Shown here: one piece after another, positions 28,288-42,814 of the stretch
Layout of the letters: the number at the start of each line of letters is the position of its first letter
Numbering within the stretch: position 1 is the first letter of the stretch
Assembly: GCA_951406725.2 (NCBI GenBank)
Contig: OX597817.1
Span: 82,398,001-82,462,000 of the forward strand
Origin: Octopus vulgaris
Taxonomy: Eukaryota
Length of the DNA: 64,000 nucleotides
Reading direction: 5' to 3'
The notes under the pieces: generated by a model
The model's database searches: none
Told to the model about the DNA's origin: nothing
The model's input: the letters and a program-made list of their open reading frames with translations, nothing else
Position numbers and translations under genes: made by a program

Positions 28288-28494
28288 GATTTTGTCAAAT
28301 TTTTTCTACTCACTTTCAATTTTGTTTAATAAAGCAGAAGGTTACATATTTATTGAGAAAAGGAATGTAGAGTTTGGGATTGTAGAAGAGCTTTAGGAAT
28401 GCAGTTTCTATAATTATTAAATGATAGATCGATCATAATTCTATATGGCATAAAAAAATAACATCTAAAATTCTTTTATTGTCTTTTCTGTCAG

Positions 28495-28652
28495 GTGCCC
28501 CATTTTTGAAGACCTTCCCAATGATTGCCGACTTGTTGATTTCCCAGGCGAACCATGCTGTGTTATTCCAGAGTGCAATTCCACTCATACCATTATACCA
28601 AAATATGGTAAACCCAAGAAAGGAAAAGGAAAAGTTACAAGTGATCCTAAAG
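28495..28652 (+). CDS. Exon G: VWC2 C-half plus Lys-rich linker (CPIFEDLPNDCRLVDFPGEPCCVIPECNSTHTIIPKYGKPKKGKGKVTSDPK)
   Basis: ttttctgtcag| acceptor; donor AAAG|gtgtgg, with an alternative in-frame donor after 28607; phase 2 to 1. Confidence 0.85.
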
Positions 28653-29164
28653 GTGTGGTAATGCTTTTTATGCGAATAATAAATATTGTTTTTAGTCTAG
28701 ACATAATTTAACCTTATACTCTGCTGAATATTTGTTCATCTGTAAATGTAGTATTTAGAATGATTGACTTCATAAGACGCATATTTTAATGTCGATTTTG
28801 TTTTAAATTGCATTCATGGTGAAATCTAAGGTTAGTGCTTCAAGTGTAAGTAACTTTCGTCGGTTAATATAAATGTAAAGTTCAAGAACTTGTGGACAGT
28901 GAGTAAGATACTATTGATTTCTTTTGCTTTCTTGACAAGGCCAAGTTTTCCGATTGAACATACTATGGCGTGTTACTGCCTATATTACCATAATTTTTGG
29001 ACAATGTGTCATGTTTTTGGCACATCATTTTCATTTAAATCGGTTACAGATCGGTGTCAAAGTAAACTCAACAGAAATAATCAGCATATGGAGCAAGTGA
29101 GATAAATCTCTGCATAATTTCACCAATAATAATGACAACACTGAGGACAGCTAGCTACTAGCGT

Positions 29165-29656
29165 GGAGGCGCAATGGTCCAGTAGTTACGGCAGCGGACT
29201 CGCAGTCGTAAAAACGCAGTTTCAATTCCCAGACCGGACATTGTGAATGTTTATTGAATAAAAACACCTCCGGTCCACGACGCTCCGGCGGAGGGTGGTG
29301 GTGAACCCCGCTGTACTCTTTCACCACACTCTTTCTTCCTACTTCTGCCACAAAGCAGAGGAACCATGGTGTAACCCACTATGGTGTGGTAAACTTTCAC
29401 ACCCTAGTCTAGATTGCGAATCCTCTGTACCCCAGGATGGTTCAGCTCTCCACCCGTTAAAAGCCACCGTTTACGGAATAAGGATAACAACGTAGCTTTC
29501 GCGCCCGTGCAACCACCAGTCTATCGCGTGTGGTGGGTGAATCTTCAAGTTGCCACAAGCATTCTTAGTAGCTTAGAGTAGGCTCGAATTAAAGATTGTT
29601 CTTTGTGGCTAATGGCGGGAGTCCTGATTAGAAGAAGAAGAAGAAGAAGAAGAAGA
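29165..29656 (+). mobile_element. SINE family B head with a distinct ~310-bp tail ending in (GAA)n; 10-bp TSD
   Basis: agctactagc at 29153-29162 and 29657-29666. Confidence 0.8.
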
Positions 29657-29699
29657 AGCTACTAGCACACTTGTGACAATGTCAGTTTGCAATCTGTGA

Positions 29700-31800
29700 A
29701 ATCAACGGTTCGTATCTCTACACGGGCATTACATTGTGACCTTAGACTACAGTTCATAGCAATGTGATCTTAGAAACATCATTCCCTTTCTAGGAATATT
29801 CCTTGGCTGTAACTACTGCCCTTAATGAAGCATAGCTCAACACCATATGAAGACTATACACGCAGTATAAAGTAGACACTATATACGTAGAAAATGAATA
29901 TATATAACTGTTAATGTTTTTGCTGCTGTTCCCTCCTCTATAGAACATCTGTGATTGAGCAGAACTATCACCAAATGCATTTGAACCACGACTACTCTGT
30001 ACTTTTTGTATCGCGTACTGTAATGTTCAACGTGACTTCAAGACATGGTTGTGAACTATGATTGTATGACGTGGAAGTATGTACCTAAGTTGATGATCAT
30101 CTGGTTAGTTACTGTGGATATGTGTAAGATGAACATTTGCTGTATGGATACCAGAAGTAGAGGCATAATGACGAGAGTAGGATGAAGTGGAAAGGCTAGG
30201 CGGTAATCATATAAATTACCGAGAGAAGTCAGAAATTTTGACTGTTACCTAAATGTTAATATAGGGTCGAAAAAAATGGTTCAGTGTATTTGAAGAAAAA
30301 CACTGTCAGTCAGGGATAACGCTAAGACAGATCACAAAACGAAATGATTTATCTGCGATACTGATGAGAAAATAATGAGATAGAGACAAGAAAAATTGTG
30401 ATTTGAAGTCACTTAGGAGGACAACTTGGGGAGAAAAGCAAATTATAATGCAGGTTGTGTGTAAGAAAATTCAGAGAGAGGCAGTGATGGCTATTTTGAG
30501 AATAGAGAAGAGATAATTTCAACCACAAAACCACAATGACCAGTAGCCTTTAGAGAAGAGATAATTTCAACCACAAAACCACAATAACCAGTAGCCTTTA
30601 ACACTAATGTCTAAATCAGAACATTGAGTGTTAGGGACATGGACTTCTGTGGAAACGAAGAGGGCTCCTTTCGAAAAGATCTTGAAATGTAGAGCATTTT
30701 GAGGATAGAAGTTAGAAATCTTGGTTACATAATTTGTTTTAGAGAAGGATAAATGATTCGGTTTACTTGTCAGTATGTAATGATGGTTATGACCAATGTT
30801 TGTCTGAAGCTTTTGGATAAGTGTGTGGTGAAAGAAAATCTTCTAGATTTATTAAAAAATATTTTGGTATGGCTGTAAGATGTGTTGAGTGTATAGTAAT
30901 TCTTCTTGCTATGAGCAAATTCCTACTTACTTTCACTTCCAACAATACCCGCTCCTACGGAGATTATATCACCATTTATTTCACCCAAACTTTCCACATC
31001 CAAAACCTGATCTATTCACCACATCTCACTAAAATCTAGTTGACTCCTTATCAGTAAATAGAAAACATCTTACAATGGGGACTATGCCAATCTTGTCTCC
31101 TTCTGCAGCAAATATCACTGTATGCATTTAGAAAACATTATCACACTGTACTGGATATGCGTAAACAATGGGACTAAAATCGCCATGAATACTTGTTGAA
31201 TTTCCACTACAACTGTAGATTTCTTCTGGCGAAAACAAATGCTCAACGTAGCAAAGATTCCAATTCCAAAACTAGTCTAACACTTCAGATTCAGAAAATG
31301 CCTTACTTCCATCCTCACCCACCCACAGTTTCTTATCCTTTACAAAGAGACTACTGCTCACACAACTGTGATATTGACAAAGTTACTCGCATCAAAGACG
31401 CGACGGACGTCTAGAATATATTCAAAGATATTTTCATTGACTGATTTATATAAATTCACACAGAGACACTAGTCTCTGGTCACGGATATGATGTATGTTA
31501 TTGTTATATAAAACCATACACATTCTCAATCTGCGACCTTCAGATACGCTGTCCCCAATCTGTGCTTTTATCATTGATGCTACAAATGCGTCTGGTTTCC
31601 AGGATCTGGTTGATATCCTGCCAGCACCCCCTAAGGTACTCCTGGTTTACTCATTTCTTTTCCTCTCTGCTTCTCATATTCGCAGTAACAGCTACGCCCA
31701 CAGCTTCATCCCTCTGGAATGTACGCCCTGCTCATACTTTTTGCCTAACAAAAACTAACGATAAAATGAAGAAAATAGAAAGAACTACTCATGCCCTCAC
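29700..31800. mobile_element. Very decayed CR1/Jockey-group LINE fragments in both orientations; contains a 48-bp tandem duplication at 30503-30598
   Basis: 3' remnant RSNSYAHSFIP/LWN near 31680-31720; the duplication is directly visible. Confidence 0.4.
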
Positions 31801-32397
31801 GCTTAGACTCTACTACGTCTATCACTTTTATATAGTTAGCAAACAGGCACGAGCGTGACTGCGTGGTAAGAAGTTTGCTTCCCAACCACACGATTCCGAG
31901 TTCAGTTCCACATGACTATGTAGCGACACTATAATAGGAATGGAGAGGATGTGAAGTAGTGTGTCAACGAACTGTATATTTTCAAACTGTAGGTTTATTC
32001 CGATTTCTTGCAACAAAGTCAACTCTCTTAAATTCACTTAGGTATGGCGATAATATATCGACCTTAAATCTCCGTTTTCTATGTGCAATAATGTATTTCA
32101 ACATATCCTTTTCGTACTGCTGTCGCTGGTGGTGCTGGTGCTGCTGGTGCTGGTACTGATACTGCTTCTAATGTTATCTATCATAATTACCATAAATTGA
32201 GCCATGTCCGAAACAACTGTCGTATATGATGAATTTACATGATATTTAACCTTTAGCATCCGCTCTCTGAAATTACAGAAGAACGGTACAAATAAGGTAA
32301 ATAAAGATATTTCACAGGATATCTAGAATATTGGCTCTGAAACTGAAAGCAGGGATGCATATATGCATACATACACACACACACACACACACACACA

Positions 32398-32523
<126 letters not shown>

Positions 32524-32581
32524 TACATTGCGTGTGGACAGTATTTGAGGAAGCTTGTATTTTTAGTCAGTATATTATTTC

Positions 32582-32806
32582 AAGGCGGCGGCAAGCTGGC
32601 AGAATCGTTACCACGCTGGGCAAAATGCTTCGCAGTATTTCGCCCGTCGTTATGTTCAGAGTTCAAATTCCGCCGAGGTCGACTTTACCTTTCATTATTT
32701 CGGGGGGGAGGGGGGCGAAAAATTAAGTGCCAGTTACACACTGGGGTCGATGCAATCGACTCATCCCGTCGCCCACAATTTCAGGCCTTGTACCTATAGT
32801 AGAAAA
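32582..32806 (+). mobile_element. SINE family A
   Basis: aaggcggcggcaagctggcagaatcg head, gagttcaaattcc B box, gtcgactt core. Confidence 0.8.
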
Positions 32807-32849
32807 TATTATTTGACTAACTTTTATTGAACCTCTATTTCAGAAAATA

Positions 32850-33964
32850 ACAATGACAGACCCTATACTTAGTAACGAAATGAAAAAGCATGCTGTGATT
32901 GAGGCTTTGTAGGATAAGCCTGGTAATTTAGAAATTTCTCGTTTTCTGAAAGTTGCTTGGTCTCCTGTACACAAGATTCGGCGTGAGTTAGTGAAAGAAG
33001 ATGGAAGTGTATTACCTGTATCAAACGTGCAAAATATTCCAAACGCTCTGATTCTATCGGAACACCTGAATTTATTCAAGAAGTTAAGCAAGACAATCGA
33101 AGACCATCCAGGAATATCAATGAGGTCAATTGTAAAAAGATTTCGCTTGTGAGAAAAAAACAATCAGAAATGTGCACGAAGACATCAGATACAAATCCTA
33201 CGCGATGTCAATAAAAAACAAAAGACCGTTTAATCAGATCGAAAGAAACTTTTGAACAAAGTTAAAACTTCATCAGAAGATGGTGGGATTTAGGTTTTCT
33301 CAGATTAGAAAACCTTTGACCAGGATCAGAAAACTAACAGAAGGAATGACAGAGGGGTATGTGCAGACCCTTGTGATGTTCCAAAAGTAATGCACAGAAA
33401 ATTTCCTGCAAGTATCATAGTTTTGGGTGTTGTTAGGAATGAAGGACATGTGAAGCCTCCTCACTTTTTTCAACAAGGCCTCAGGACGAATACTGCTGCG
33501 TATATTGAGGTTCTGGATAAAGTTGTTAATCTTTCGATCAACAGTGTATGCAATGGAAGGCCTTCTGTCTTTCAACAAAATTCTGCACCATCATACAAGG
33601 CTCAAATGACACAAGAACGGATGGCCAACAATTTGCATGATCACACCACCCCCTACATTTGGCCTCCTAATTCTCCAGATCTCAATTCGCTGGACTATGC
33701 ATGAAGCATCGTTAAGAAAAATTTCAATGAACACTCCCATAGCACCGAAATGTTTTGAAAGCCGCTATAGTTCGAGTTATGTGCGGTATGGACAAGGACC
33801 ATTTAATCCGAGCTCGTAAACAATTTCGACCCCGCGTAGAGGCAGTTATTGATGCTTATGGTAGTTTTATTGAATGAAATTATTAAATTGATTATTTAAC
33901 TTTATGTTATTTTCATAAAAATACAGGTTTAGCACCTGCACGTAATTCTTTATGCCACACCGTA
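32850..33964 (+). mobile_element. maT-like (DD37D) Tc1/mariner transposase relic
   Basis: FPASIIVLGVV..EGHV.PPHFF..GL, FQQ(N)SAP..WPPNSPDLNSLDY with 37 residues between the last two catalytic positions. Confidence 0.85.
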
Positions 33965-34019
33965 CGTATTGTGTGTTTTGTTAATTCACTTTCACGAGCT
34001 GCCTGACGCATTGGTTTTT

Positions 34020-34422
34020 GCGGGCTGCTATTAAACATTTCCTACACTGTTGCCATGTTCTCCGCTGATCGTGATGTGGTTGGACGGCCACTTCTTGCAT
34101 CGTTCACAGAGCCCATTCCCATCAGCTTTGCATGACAACTTATTATTGTCTCCGGACCTAGTTTTGCATGCTTAGCTTTCCTTGTACGCCACCGCCTCTG
34201 AATCAAAACAATGGAATTCCACACTTCATAGCATGCTGCTATCTTAGCTCACTTCTGAATAGTAAAGCGGCAGACCATCTGGAAAATAAGAAATAAGACA
34301 ATAAGAAAATTAAACATCCCCATAAGTGTTGTCTGTCTAAAAATAATTTCGTCATGCCTTCAGTGATACTAAAAATTCTATAAGCAATTTCTAATGCTTG
34401 GTTACTTTCGACCCACTCTGTA
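34020..34422 (-). mobile_element. Tc1/mariner-superfamily 5' fragment
   Basis: TA-cagagtgggtc TIR-like end; IQRRWR...GSVNDARSGRPTTSRSAEN HTH-GRP motif. Confidence 0.65.
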
Positions 34423-35110
34423 CATATTATTATTATTATTATTAGAAAATAAATAGTATGGTATACACCTCGTGGCTTACCGGTAAAGCACGTTCACATT
34501 TAGTGTTCTTTGGGTATTTGATTAATGAAAGAGACGGAAAATGGAAGATGCGAGAATGTTTATTCATTACTACACTTATTTCGATCCATTTAGCATAGAT
34601 CTCTCACAGGTGGGGATACTGAACACTGGTTTAGGAGTATCCGTCGGTGTAGATGTGCTTCTTCCTTTGATTACAAGATGTATCTCGTTAATATATATAT
34701 GTATATGTATGTATATATATATATTGTCAATCACGTACACGTATTTACATACATAAGTTTCTATATATAAAAGATTGTCTAAAGCTAATATATTTTGGAA
34801 ATGCTTATTAATCGGTAGTTTATTATTACTAAAGCAGAATTGCATATTCGCAGACTTACCTATATTCTCAAAATAAGTTGTCGAAGTCTGTAAGTAAATA
34901 ACTTTCCACAATGATCTTCATCTTCGACCACATATATCTTAATGGTAAATAGGCTTCAAAATATTTGTCTACGCTGTTCTTCCTAAATTAAGAATACACA
35001 CACACACACACACACACGTATTAATTCTCAACTGTTATTTAGCTTGTGAGATATAATTGCTTTTCTTCTTTTTAATACTAATAGCAATATGCAATTGTTG
35101 TGTATTTCAG

Positions 35111-35228
35111 GTGGCTGTGTTTATACTAACGGCAAGAAATACAAAAAAGGCGAAACCTGGTTAGATGGTTGTGATTATTCTTGTGTTTGCACTAATGAAG
35201 AGAGTGGTGCCTATATTTGCGAAAGGAG
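35111..35228 (+). CDS. Exon H: VWC3 N-half (GCVYTNGKKYKKGETWLDGCDYSCVCTNEESGAYICER)
   Basis: tatttcag| acceptor, AG|gtaaat donor. Confidence 0.9.
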
Positions 35229-36017
35229 GTAAATTTTATATTATAATAATATTCTATGATAATTAAATTTTGAAACATTGCTAAATTTAGACATATTTAC
35301 AAAATAGTTAAATAATATTATTGTCTCTCATATTTGAAAAGCCAAAAAAAAAAAATCAAATGAAGAAAATGTACACATCTAAGATTGCATATATATTTCT
35401 ATATTCCGAAATTTTGGTTTATTAAGTAAATCTAAATTAAATTTTCAACTTCCACAATAACATTTCTTTGTTTATTACTTCTGTTTGGCTAGTGTCGAAA
35501 TATTTTGAATAATATATCTCATTATCCTGTGCTTTGAGATTTGTGTTGATTTATGCAGAGCTTAGTGGAGACACGCACAGATTAATGTAAATGTGGGCTG
35601 AATTTGGGATTGCATTTTATGTAACTAAAAAAATTAAGCAAAAGTTATTCTGCAATAGATTGGTGTACGTTGCTTCGTAAAATATATACCAGTTAGACAC
35701 TGGGGTCGATGTAATCGACTTACTTACTTCCCTGAACTTGTAGGCCCTGTGCCAAAATTTGAAACCAATGCTTAAAACATCTACTAAGGAGGCGAACTGG
35801 CAGAACCGTTATGACGCCGGGCCAAATGCTTAGCGGCACTTCGTCCGTCTTTACGTTCTGAGTTCTAAATATGCCGACATTTCCTCAGAGTCGATAAAAA
35901 TAATAAGTACCAGTTGAACACTGGAGTCGATGTAATCGACTTACTGCTTTCCTTGAAATTTCAGGACTTGTGCCTATAGAAGAAAGGATTACATAAAAAT
36001 CTACTATATCTCTTCTA

Positions 36018-36072
<55 letters not shown>

Positions 36073-36300
36073 TAAATAACTATTGTGGAAGCAATGAGCA
36101 ATAACAAAACCAAAAAGACTGCAGAGACATGTTTTAATAAATGATGTATTAGTTTAACGCCCAAAAAGTATGCGAAACACTAAAAGTTTCAGTTGCTAAC
36201 TGTTCAACAGGGAGTAAATATAGACGAAAAGTAATGGTGTGTCAAACAGTAATAGTGGTTGAGAAGATTACATATAAACATAAGTGGTATAATAATAATA

Positions 36301-36335
<35 letters not shown>

Positions 36336-36729
36336 AAAGATAGTTATGGTCAGTCTATGGGGTTACTCTGGGTTTCACGTCCATACAGCGTTTAACTTTA
36401 CGGCATTTTTTCAGACCTTAATGGCCGGTAACCTATAACCTCTTCTATTGGGAGTAATTACTCTACTACTCCATAGAGTGTGCTTACGATTTTCTTAAGA
36501 AAAGATTTGTTTGTCTATGTTATGTGTAGAGTTTATGAATGAATGATTCAACAAGTAGAAAAAACTAAGGGGCGGTAATTAGTGATCGTTATTATTATGG
36601 AGAGTTAATTGTTCATCTTTCTGTGGTGGGGGGTGCAACACATATACACAAAAATTCAATGATGGGTATGTAATCGTGAATTAAAATATACATAAAGATC
36701 AAAGTTAGTTATGCGTGCATATTTGGAGG

Positions 36730-37125
36730 TGTTTTGTATTTTTCGATGAATAAATTTTCTTTATTGAAACGTTCTTGTATAGAAATTGTGTATTTGCACT
36801 GGCAGAAGGGGAAAACTGTGAAATTTGGTTTGATGTTACCTGCACATTTCTCTATACGTTCACTTAAAGGAATCTGTCTGCATTGCGGGAACCGGATCTG
36901 CTCTTTATGTAGAGTGGTTCTCCATCTTCACGTCATACACGTCTGTCCTATATAGTGATATCCACAACACAAGCAGTTTGTAACATAAATTATATTCTCA
37001 GAAACACAAGTAAAGTTGGTTTTAATTGTGAACCTCTCTCCATGTATGAAAACGAAATTCGAACATTCAAGTAGATTGGGGCATGTTCCACAGTTTGGGC
37101 TTGTGATTAGGGAAAACGAAACCGG
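36730..37125 (-). mobile_element. Penelope-like (Neptune-type) GIY-YIG endonuclease fragment
   Basis: NCGTCP...FTIKTNFTCVSENIIYVTNCLCCGYHYIGQT...R..LHKEQIR. Confidence 0.8.
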
Positions 37126-37571
37126 TCGACAAACGCAATATAAAATATGTTAAAAGTATGTTAAAACTATGTAAAGTATGTGCATTTTCCTTTTTTAATT
37201 TATATATATACTACATTTTCTCATATATATATATGATATTCTACTGATTCTCTTCATCTCCTCTAATATATAAGTTACAGTGATTCTAATACTTGTAATA
37301 TCTACTGCAGTTTTTCTAAAACTACTTGCATATGCTATAGTTGATCAATTATATATAACACCCTTCGGGTGAATTCTATCTGTAATTCAAAAGGTACAGC
37401 CTTGTCGTACATTGGATTTTATTGAGTTTGCCTGAGAATTAAGTTGAAGGTACCTGTGTCTGCGAAAATCTCAGTCACGTACAGGTTAATTGTGAAGCAG
37501 ATAATTCACTTGATAAAACAACTGAATTCTTGTCGTCAAACGACGCTGATCAACCAATTTCTCGGCAGCAA

Positions 37572-37613
<42 letters not shown>

Positions 37614-38117
37614 CATACAAATCAGCCCATTGGAAATTGTTAGATATCGCTTATCACAATGCACTTCACTGATCACAATGCACTTCGCGTCATCTTAGCT
37701 TTCATCCCAGGGTTACCCATTTACAGCTGAAAGGAACACCGTGAAATGAAGCGTTTTGTTCAAGAACACAACACGCAGCAGGTTTGAGAATCGAAACCAC
37801 AATTTCACGATCGAGAGCGTAACACCTCTAACCGCTAGATCACGTGCCTTCAAACATACATGCACAGAAATGGAAACTAGATATATTGTGAAAACCAAAT
37901 AGTGGAATCAGTATGGTTACAAACGATCAATCACACTGTTGCTTGGGAACAGTATCGTGTAACTCCTCCTGCATTGTGTCATTTTAAGTAATATATATTA
38001 TCTTAAATGATTATAATTATTAAAAACAAAGAAAAACGAGTACAATGTAATTTGAAAAAAATATGATAAATTTGTACGGAATGTAGTTTTCAGCTTGTCT
38101 TTATGCTTCTAATTTAG

Positions 38118-38248
38118 ATGTCCATATATGGGAAGACCTCCGAAAGGGTGCCGAATTGTTCGTGACGTAGACGATGATTGCTGCAACACGCTTCAATGCT
38201 TACCTTCAACTGCTATCCCCGACCTTTCAACACCAATGCATGTCCCAG
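38118..38248 (+). CDS. Exon I: VWC3 C-half plus linker (CPYMGRPPKGCRIVRDVDDDCCNTLQCLPSTAIPDLSTPMHVP)
   Basis: aatttag| acceptor, CAG|gtatct donor. Confidence 0.9.
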
Positions 38249-39315
38249 GTATCTTAAAATTCGTTCTTACAGGCTTTCGTTTCTTTCTTTCTTTAATAAT
38301 ATTGCATTTATAGACAAATTTCAGTCCCGAAACGAACGACATTTTGCCGATGAACCTGTCAGCTTTTTATTACGTCACTGGAACAGTTACTGAACGGATG
38401 TGCCACATTTCGTATATTTGATTCTACTTAGAGTACTGCTAAAGCTTTATTACACACTTTGAAGAGATAAATTATAAATATGAGTCAGTAGTTCGATTGG
38501 AGGCTTGAAGTCGAAACCAAATGCATAAGTAATGATAATAAATACTGATAGGTAATTCATTACGGGCTTTTAAAACTTAATAATAATAAGATGTAAAGCC
38601 ATGTTTGTACGGTGGGTAGAAGCAATTGTATCAACTGCAATATAAATTGGTAATTATCTTACTTTGACCGACTAAGAAATAAAGCTGAATTCAGAATGAT
38701 CTAATTTGAACATTAAGAGACTCAATTTATTACTGAGAAGCATTTTAGTCCACTAGTCTACTCCTGCAAAATTTTCTCCCTCATCATCATAATAGTCCTC
38801 TCCTATAGTATAGTATTTGCTGCAGTAAATAATGGTGAAATTGTTCTCTCTTTGATTCACTGAATTGCAGTGCTCTTCAGTTCAAACTGATTTAAAATAG
38901 CTTACTATAGTTTTACACCCTTTCTATGTAATGTATTTCTCGTACACTAAACATCATAAGAGCTTAACATTAGAACTAATAAACCAATCTAGGAGACATA
39001 ATTAGACGAAATAATAGCTACGTAACTTTGCATAACTTTATTATATTAAACTAGCCTCTGTTTTTTTCTCTTATCTTTCTCTCGAGATTTCTCTGTACTC
39101 ATTTATCAAATTCATTTGATCTCCGTATTGTCCTAGTCAACGAACCAAATACTCCCTCTGGAAATGTTTTTTCATACATCGTAAAAGAATTACGCTCAGT
39201 TTCAGAACAGTTGCACTTGGTATGTTACATAGAAACAAAATCTGAAGTAATGTTCTAAAGAGATTACAGTGCTATACAACCATGACGGGTAACTTCCTTT
39301 TTTTCATATATCCAG

Positions 39316-39430
39316 GGAAGTGCTTCTACAAAGGAACTGCATATGCTGAAGGAGCCCAGTGGAATGATGGCTGCAGCAAATCATGTGTTTGTGAAAATGG
39401 AAAGTACGGCTATTACCGATGCCAAGATAG
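39316..39430 (+). CDS. Exon J: VWC4 N-half (KCFYKGTAYAEGAQWNDGCSKSCVCENGKYGYYRCQD)
   Basis: tatccag| acceptor, AG|gtaatg donor. Confidence 0.9.
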
Positions 39431-40892
39431 GTAATGAAATTGTTTCTAGTTATATAGTTATTTATCTCTAGGGTTACCATGTTCAAACGCATCTTTTTTC
39501 GGTAATTGCTGTCTTTAATGTATTTATTGCTGTTGTACAAATGGACTGTTTGGTTTATTACTGTTGATTGCGTTTAATATATTTCGACTTGCTTGATACA
39601 GTGTGTAAGATTTGTTGCTGTTATTATTTTTAACCAAGTCTGGCTCGGCTGAGTAGACCAATGATCAGAGCCGTTTAAGCAGTGACTGCTTCGTTTTATT
39701 TTTTCAGGTAAAATTCCGTAGTCCGAAGTGTTGCGTAATTTTTTTAAAGACAATTGGATGTAATTTTAGGAAGAAATTTCGCTGTTATTTTTAGAAGCTG
39801 ACTAATGGCGTAGAGGCTCCCTTATTGGTTAGCAAGGCTCCCTGGTGAGCTGACGCCTTATATGTTAGAACTTATTGCATGAATTTGAAATTCAAGTAAC
39901 ACATTAGATTTCATTTACAGCTCCGATCCTATTCCAAGACATGAAAGTTGGTAGTATATATAATACGGTCTCCATTTTAAGCTCAATATAATAAACTAAC
40001 TGTATCTACCGCGCACAGTAACTATAAACAATAAATTACACTGAAGCGGTAGCATAGGCTATGGACAGTGTTAGCGTCAGTGACAGATCATAATACCAGT
40101 AGACTGATAATCATGCAAATAATCGGGAAATACATAATGAAATGATAATAATCAATTATATCTTTCTTTAGTCAAAAAGTGCCAATTCTGACAGAAATCT
40201 TCATTAATGCATTGCTGTCTTAATAACCGATCTCCAAGATCGAAGTCGAAATCCATCAAGTTTCAGCAAGTGATTGAATTATTTTCATCGATTCATAATT
40301 TCGCATTATTATTTTTTTCTTAGTGTTTTTCTATTTGAATTGAAATTTAAAATTCCTGTTGATAAAGAGAAAAACGTTCCAATTTATTTATCGCTCATCT
40401 TCAGATTGGAAATTTCTCTAGTTTACCAATTTAAAATTTCAAGCTGAAGAACATGAAAACAAACTTTAATAGAAACTTCCTTCCTGAAAACACCAAACAA
40501 AACAACGTAAACAATATTATTCTTCAAACATTTCTCAACTACACATAATAATACCAATAAAGATTAAAAAAAACAAAACTTAATAAATTTTCGAATAATG
40601 GAGAAATAGATTTATCTTATTAGCTATTGTTTCTATATATTGTATATTTTTGCAGACGATAAGCGAATCAATCATCTGAAGAATTCTATATATTGACTTA
40701 AATTCCTAACAAACTAATGTTATAGTAAAAAGACCAAATCTTATCATAGAATCTTTTAGGGAAGTTCATAGACATATCAATTTTATATTAGAACAAAAAT
40801 ATACCTGATGATTGAAAGGTATGATTGAGTGGTTACCATTTCGTAATTAGTTATTTGAGTTTCGAGAATATATATATATATATAAACACACA

Positions 40893-40999
<107 letters not shown>

Positions 41000-41218
41000 G
41001 TGTGTGTGTACAAACTTCTGAATGGTTACAGCTGCTTTCGTGTTGAATTCATACAGTCACGAAAATCAATTTTTGCTTTTTTATGGTGATGGTTTAATCG
41101 GAATTATATGTTACTATATTACTATTCCTATATTACCACTAATCTTTGGTGCTTACACTGAAGTACCACTTTATAACTACGTGGATTTAGTCCTTTTGGC
41201 CTTGGTAAGAGGCAGTCT

Positions 41219-41508
41219 GGAGGTGCAATGGCCCAGTGGTTAGGGTAGCGGACTCACGGTTTCGATTCCCAGACCGGGTTTTGTGTGTGTTTATTGAGCG
41301 AAAACACCTAAAAGCTCCACGAGGCTCTTGCAGGGGGTGGTGACGATCTCTGTTGTACTCTTTCGCTAAAACTTTCTCTCACTCTCTCTTCCTGCTTCTT
41401 GCGTAATGCTGCGTGGACTGGCGTCCCGTCCAGCCGGGGGGAACACATACGCCACAGAAACCAGGAAACCGGGTCCATGAGCCTGGCTAGGCTTGAAAAG
41501 GGCGACGA
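41219..41508 (+). mobile_element. SINE family B, tail type 2
   Basis: Same head as 7911-8220; tail tggactggcgtcccgtccag...gaaaccggg; TSD ag(g/a)gcagtct. Confidence 0.85.
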
Positions 41509-42207
41509 AGAAGCAGTCTAGTGAGCTTTTGTCCATTTATTTGATTCCGATCCTGTAGTCAGAAATGGCACTTGACTTGTGATAGATATTATCTATTATT
41601 ACCATTTCATTATTTATTTCCCGATTATTCGCATGATCTTGAGTCTACTGGTACTTCTATATTCTTAATTAATTTACTATATTTTTTCGGTGTTTACGGT
41701 AAAGTACACCTTCGTGGCTTTGACAAGAGGTAATGCATGAAAGTTTTGTCTAATTGTTTGACGTTCACCCATCTCTCTAGTATATGACCGGTGCTTATTT
41801 CGTTTTGTGCTCGTCGGACTAATAGCCGAAAAATATCCTAGATTTATCTGGCCCGTCATTTTCCGTGACATACTCTATCGTTGCATTATCCGATATGTCT
41901 TTCTTGTCGAACGATCATGGGCGCGTGAGATGAGGGCAATGTTGCTGCTATTTCCAACAGGCCATGTGACTACGCAGAGGTTACCTTGTTGGCTGGTATT
42001 TATTTTATAGGATAGGTAATATTAACAATAGTTAGATTTTAACAGAATTCGAACTCAGAATGAAGAGTGCCGACGCTGAATACTGAAATGTTTTTCAACC
42101 TACATTCAATCATCTATGCAGTTTTCGTTGTCATATATCTACTACCATATCGGTTGTAAATAGCATTTTCTCATTTCACTAGTACCAGCTATTATTCTCC
42201 TTATACG

Positions 42208-42240
<33 letters not shown>

Positions 42241-42600
42241 TGTATGTATGTATGTATGTATGTATGTATGTATGTATGTATGTATGTATGTATGTATGTA
42301 TGTCATATTAGTTAGCTATTGTTCGACTCGCCTCAATAACGTATTGTAGAGTGATTTCCGTTGAAATTCAACATAGGATCTTTCTTCTGAAATAAAATAG
42401 AATGAAAGTGCGAATTAAATGCTGTGAAATTATTGAATTAATAAAATGTCACGGCCAAAACACGACAAATGTTAAATTTTTTAATATATCATAAATCAAT
42501 CACGATAGAAGTTCTATAGAGAGATTCAAATCCTTTTCAAAGTAGTAGCTCGCAAACCTTTGTTTTATTCGCATTGCATTTTACAACGAATGAAGATATA

Positions 42601-42814
42601 CAGGGTGACCGTAAATCTACGTACATTGGCAAAAATGTATATTTTCAATAGTTTTTATTCAGCTACATTAATGAATAACATTTTCAACATGGTTTTCACC
42701 ATTAACGATGCGACGTTCGACGCATTTTACGAGGTTCACATGAACTCGGTATAATGACTCTATACTTCTATTAGTTTAGACACATCCGTTTATCCGGACT
42801 TTATGGTCATCCTG
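42601..42814. mobile_element. Tc1/mariner-type MITE
   Basis: TA-cagggtgaccgtaaa ... tttatggtcatcctg-TA. Confidence 0.75.

Noticed and set aside
30503-30598. Direct repeat as CRISPR-like array
   Set aside because: Simple two-copy 48-bp tandem duplication without spacers in eukaryotic DNA.
34573-34614. Minus-strand hammerhead-like cac-CTGTGA-gagatc..gatc-GAAATAA-gtg
   Set aside because: Core lacks a nucleotide and stems I and III are too short to call.
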